Shown here in pieces: positions 60,087 through 64,000 of a DNA stretch of 64,000 nt. The stretch covers positions 372,001 to 436,000 of the forward strand of contig OZ237743.1 in NCBI GenBank assembly GCA_965178125.1, written 5' to 3'. The position numbers and the translations under genes were made by a program. The notes under the pieces were generated by a model. The model searched no databases, was not told the DNA's origin, and worked only from the letters and a program-made list of their open reading frames with translations. The stretch comes from Bilabrum cf. latius (lineage: Eukaryota). Positions within the stretch are counted from its first letter, which is position 1, and the number at the start of each line of letters is the position of its first letter.

Positions 60087-60617
60087 ATGACACGTCAATA
60101 AATACACTAATTCATCAGGATTTAATGTATGTTTCTTACAAACCTTATCCACCCACTTTTTATACTAATCAGCGTTTTTTCCCCTATTCCAAAGACGAAC
60201 TATACAATGTCTCCCGCAGGTTGCTATATCCATTCCATCCGCCTAAAACTAATATGGGTTATAGTCAATCTTATACGGAGAATGATACATTAAATATATT
60301 AACTCAGGGTCTTCATAAAAACGTTTCCGCACGCTTTCACTCATTGTGTGCTATTGCCTATCAGGACGAATTCCATAACTGTCAAAGAAGTATATTGTTT
60401 TATTACGCTTAAATAAGCACACCCAGTGTCCAGAATTTATTTCTTCTTGGTATAGAATGATACAACAATTACAACGACTAAATAATCCATCAATACTATT
60501 GTACTATCCTAATTCTGTATATGGAACGATGTTTACCGACGTAGGAAGAAACCCCTTAATATTTGGTGGAGTTTGGAGGAGAACACGAATATCACTATCG
60601 CTAAGAGCATAATCCAT
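60081..60617 (-). CDS. Virion maturation cysteine protease (178 aa, TAG=Gln)
   Basis: GHWVCL...FDSYG...YQFQ...TCGRH; absent from the standard-code ORF track. Confidence 0.9.
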
Positions 60618-60807
60618 AGATTTATTATAGAATGATATATTGGGGGAGATAAAAGCATCTCTTAACCACTATTTAAGCGTAGAAGTATTTCTACAAAATC
60701 CGTTTTGGAATTTGTGGATAGCATAAAAGACAATCATTCAAAATAAGTTTTCAACAAAAAGACAAAACACTTTAGAAAAAAAAAAAACATATAGTAAATA
60801 CACTAAA

Positions 60808-61710
60808 ATGGCTCATTTTTCTTGGAAGGAAACTACAAAATCAACACCCATCGCATATGACACTCACGGAAAACGTATTTTATACACGGCGGAAAACACA
60901 GACAACCAATTTGGAGATGATAGTATGTCATTTTAGGATTTTCAAGTATCATCTCTTACAGGGAACAGATTTCCGCAGAGGAAAATGGATTTATTAGCAC
61001 GACACTTAATCAAACAGGTCGAACCCCTAGACGAAGACATCAAATATTTGTATGAAAAAGCATAGGAAAAGAAACATAAAGAGATTACATTAAAATAGGG
61101 TGAATTCCAATCACTACCAAATCCAAACGGAAGAGAGGTCATTTTTATCACCGCACCATCAGGCGCGGGTAAGTCTACTTGGGTTTCCAAATATGCTAAG
61201 AATTATCATAGAATGTTTCCGAACAGGAGAATTATTTTATTTTCTCGCGTATAGTAGGATAAAGTCTTAGATGAAGTGAAAGGACTGAAAAGGATTATTT
61301 TAAATGAGGAACTGGTGGTGAACCCGATTGATATTCATTAGGAATTAAGGGACGCCTTAGTAATCTTGGATGATATTGATACAATCAAAGATAAAAAATT
61401 AAGGGAAGCCCTCAATCATTTACAGGATGAAATATTATAGGTTGGAAGACATAGCAATACTTCTGTATTAATCACAAGTCATTTAAGTACCAACTATAAA
61501 AGTACCCGTATTATTCTTGCGGAAAGTACAAAATTCGTTATTTTTCCGTAGTGTTCATCCGCACATTCTCTAAGGTATTTGTTAAAGAATTATATAGGAC
61601 TTGAGAAACAAGAAATCTCTAAAGTCTTAAAAATGCCTTCCAGGTGGGTCTGTGTCCACAGGAATTACCCGAGGTATTTAATTGGAGAAAGGTAGGCTTA
61701 CCTTATGTAA
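60808..61710 (+). CDS. Genome-packaging ATPase (300 aa, TAG=Gln)
   Basis: TAPSGAGKST, LVILDDID, VGRHSN; several in-frame TAGs; ends TAA. Confidence 0.9.
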
Positions 61711-61739
61711 TTTTGGTCAAACTTTTTATAAAAGTTTCT

Positions 61740-61976
61740 TTAAATAATATTCTATTCTCGTATATACCGACTTGCTTGAGGTAAACTCATACCAGTCTAC
61801 TACATCACCATTTTTACAAGTTTATTGCGACGTTTCATTTTCTCAGAAACTTTTCGTTTGGGCTTTAAACCTTTTCCAACTTTAATATGATGGTTTTTAA
61901 CTCTATTTAAAGCGTCTTGTTCTTTCTATAGCGCGAGTTGTTTGGTTCTCTATATAATCCACTTATCAATATCCAT
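61740..61976 (-). CDS. Small basic protein (78 aa), putative core/DNA-binding
   Basis: GKG...RRNKLVKMVMQQTGMSLPQASRYIRE when TAG=Gln. Confidence 0.6.
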
Positions 61977-62041
61977 TATACTATACACAAACACTTTATT
62001 TTTTATTTTTTGGTCAAGCTTTTTATAAAAGCTTATAGTAA

Positions 62042-63223
62042 ATGAAAACTGCTAAAGTGAATGCTCTTATTCAGCAAGCCCTAGAGAGGGAACTTGACAA
62101 TGCTAAAATGTTAGATTTACAGGCAAGGGACGACGTAGATTTAGAAACAGAATATAGTGATTTTATAAGGAAAAGGGCAAAAATTGAACGATTAAAAGAA
62201 AGTGGAAGGTATGGAACTCCAGCGTAGAGAAAATAGGCAGACCAAAGCAACGAGGAAATCATATCTAAGTCAATATCTGGTATAATGAAAGGTATTATTG
62301 AGGGTAAAAATGTAAGTCCAGCAGTGAAAGCATTGAAGGATTTTGTTGGTAATATCAATATGTCTCCACAAATGAAGCAACAACTAGCCCGTCAATACGT
62401 AAATATTGAGAGATTTCAAAGGAAAGGCTACGAAGGACTGCAGAGAGTTCCAGCTGAAGACAGAAAACAACTCTTAGAATTAGGGAAAGTTATATAGGAG
62501 GCATCCGGACAACGAATACCGTAGGGAATGTTGGGAATTGATTAGTAGCCAACATCTTTACAAACACCTGCTCGAACAACAAGAAGAAACACGTTTTCCG
62601 CTCCAACACAAGTACAGCTTCCAGAAAAGGGTTCGATTGCGTATAAATAGTTATTGGAAAGAGCCAGAGAAAGAATACAACAAGACAGACCCTTAACTGA
62701 AAAACAACGAATAGCGTGGGATTTAGAATAGGGAAAGAACTTCTCACAAAGAACATCACAGGGACAGACAAATATGTTTTAGCATTTTCCAGAGGGTTCA
62801 AGTAGTAATGCGTCAAAAACATCAAAAGACTTAGATGCCATATTAGCCGCAGCGAGCAATGAAAGACCACTACCGCAAGGAAGCACTCCGGGGGCGTGGG
62901 ACCCAGAAACTGGTGAGTACTATGATATGCCGAGTAGGATAGAAATTGAGCAGGGAATTGGAAAACGTGCTACTAGACCTGTGTAGCGATTTACGGGGTT
63001 TAGTCCGCCCTATGGAATGTAGTAGCCTGATTTAGAAGACCCACCATCACGCGCAATGACTGTAGAAGAAAGTGGAAAACCAAAAAAGGGGAAAGGATTA
63101 CGAGGTGGAAAAAGGATTATCTATGATACAGCAATGAATGTAGCCAAGAAAGTAAAAGGAGCCGATAAAGATATTCATCATTAGGTTGCTATGGAACTAT
63201 TACATCTTTTAGGAAAAGATTGA
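62042..63223 (+). CDS. Hypothetical virophage protein (393 aa, more than 10 in-frame TAG)
   Basis: No TAA/TGA over 393 codons of AT-rich DNA; GKGLRGG motif near the C-terminus. Confidence 0.75.
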
Positions 63224-63288
63224 CCAAAACCTCTTATTTACATCTTTTGGCAACCTGATAAAAATTATTTCTGTGGATATACTATAAA

Positions 63289-63780
63289 ATGTCAGTTTCA
63301 AATCTTCTATCTAAGAACAGTCTAGACCTTATGTCTCAAACTATTACGTGTAATGTTGTGAGTAGCGACGCAATTAAAGTGTCCGCAATTACTAACTCTA
63401 CGGGAGCAGTCATAGGCAATCCAAGTATTGAATTCAAAGACGGAGAGCCTTATATGGAGTGGGGTGAAACTGTTCTACGGTTTGGAAAAAACGGAGCGTC
63501 TGCTGGTTGTCAGTTCAGTATGAGCGAAGAAGGAGAAAGATGCGATATTTCACTAGTTGGTTCATTCAAGACTTCTCAAGAGGGTGTTGTTGGGCTGAGT
63601 GAGGTTGCTGGAGCTACATTGGCTGACGCTTCTACCCCTATTAATACGTCAGCAGAGCGAAAGTTCAAGGGCGCTTTAGTGTATAATGGAAGCGACAACG
63701 ATGTCTATGTGGCGATTGGCAGTTCTTCTACATCTAGTTGGAAATCCTTAGTGTCAGGTTCACTTATTACACCATCTTAA
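63289..63780 (+). CDS. Hypothetical virion/fiber-like protein
   Basis: 163 aa, starts MSVSNLL, beta/Ser-Gly-rich. Confidence 0.55.
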   Translation: MSVSNLLSKNSLDLMSQTITCNVVSSDAIKVSAITNSTGAVIGNPSIEFKDGEPYMEWGETVLRFGKNGASAGCQFSMSEEGERCDISLVGSFKTSQEGVVGLSEVAGATLADASTPINTSAERKFKGALVYNGSDNDVYVAIGSSSTSSWKSLVSGSLITPS

Positions 63781-63836
63781 TTATACTTTAGAAAAGTAAT
63801 CAAACCCACCCCATAATTATAAACGTCTATAGTAAA

Positions 63837-64000
63837 ATGAGTTCTCCAGACCGATTTTACATTACCGCAAACATACGAAATAACGAAGATACTTTCCAAC
63901 CAGCGACCTATAGCGAAACCCGCAAGTAGCCATTATTAGATAAGGATGTTGGTGATTATACGATGTCAGTATTCCGGTTTTCCATAAGCACCAATTCAAT
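63837..64000 (+). CDS. Minor capsid (penton) protein, N-terminal part
   Basis: FYITANIRN...YSETRKQPLLD...DYTMSVFRF aligns with B penton YVDLELYN...PIVD...YKLSVVRF. Confidence 0.75.

Larger units (their letters stand above)
58402..64000. mobile_element. Endogenous virophage 'C' (UAG-recoded), left part
   Basis: Host similarity to paralog 42801-42815 (CCAGCGCTTCTGCCG) stops at a G8 run, followed by an abrupt switch to AT-rich DNA with protease, ATPase and penton. Confidence 0.9.

Overview
Eukaryotic (protist-like) nuclear DNA that only makes sense if UAG is read as Gln while UAA/UGA remain stops (NCBI table 15-like). The supplied standard-code ORF track therefore fragments most real genes. The GC-rich host background is a tandem array of divergent gene pairs: an intron-containing secreted subtilisin-like S8 peptidase (minus strand, 3 copies) and an RNI-like LRR/ankyrin-like gene (plus strand, 3 copies plus a 3' fragment). 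Five kinds of mobile DNA sit in this array. (1) An AT-rich endogenous virophage 'B' (~1024-19643: MCP, penton, packaging ATPase, maturation protease, rve integrase, GIY-YIG) that looks standard-code. (2) The end of a second, UAG-recoded virophage-like element 'A' (1-1023) nested in a B gene. (3) A third, UAG-recoded virophage 'C' (58402 to window end). (4) Two Ngaro-type tyrosine-recombinase retrotransposons (2892-8761 inside B; 32762-40482). (5) An unusual single-ORF APE-RT non-LTR retrotransposon (~24773-32648) with N-terminal membrane segments and an OTU-like motif. All product calls come from motif recognition by eye; no database searches were run.
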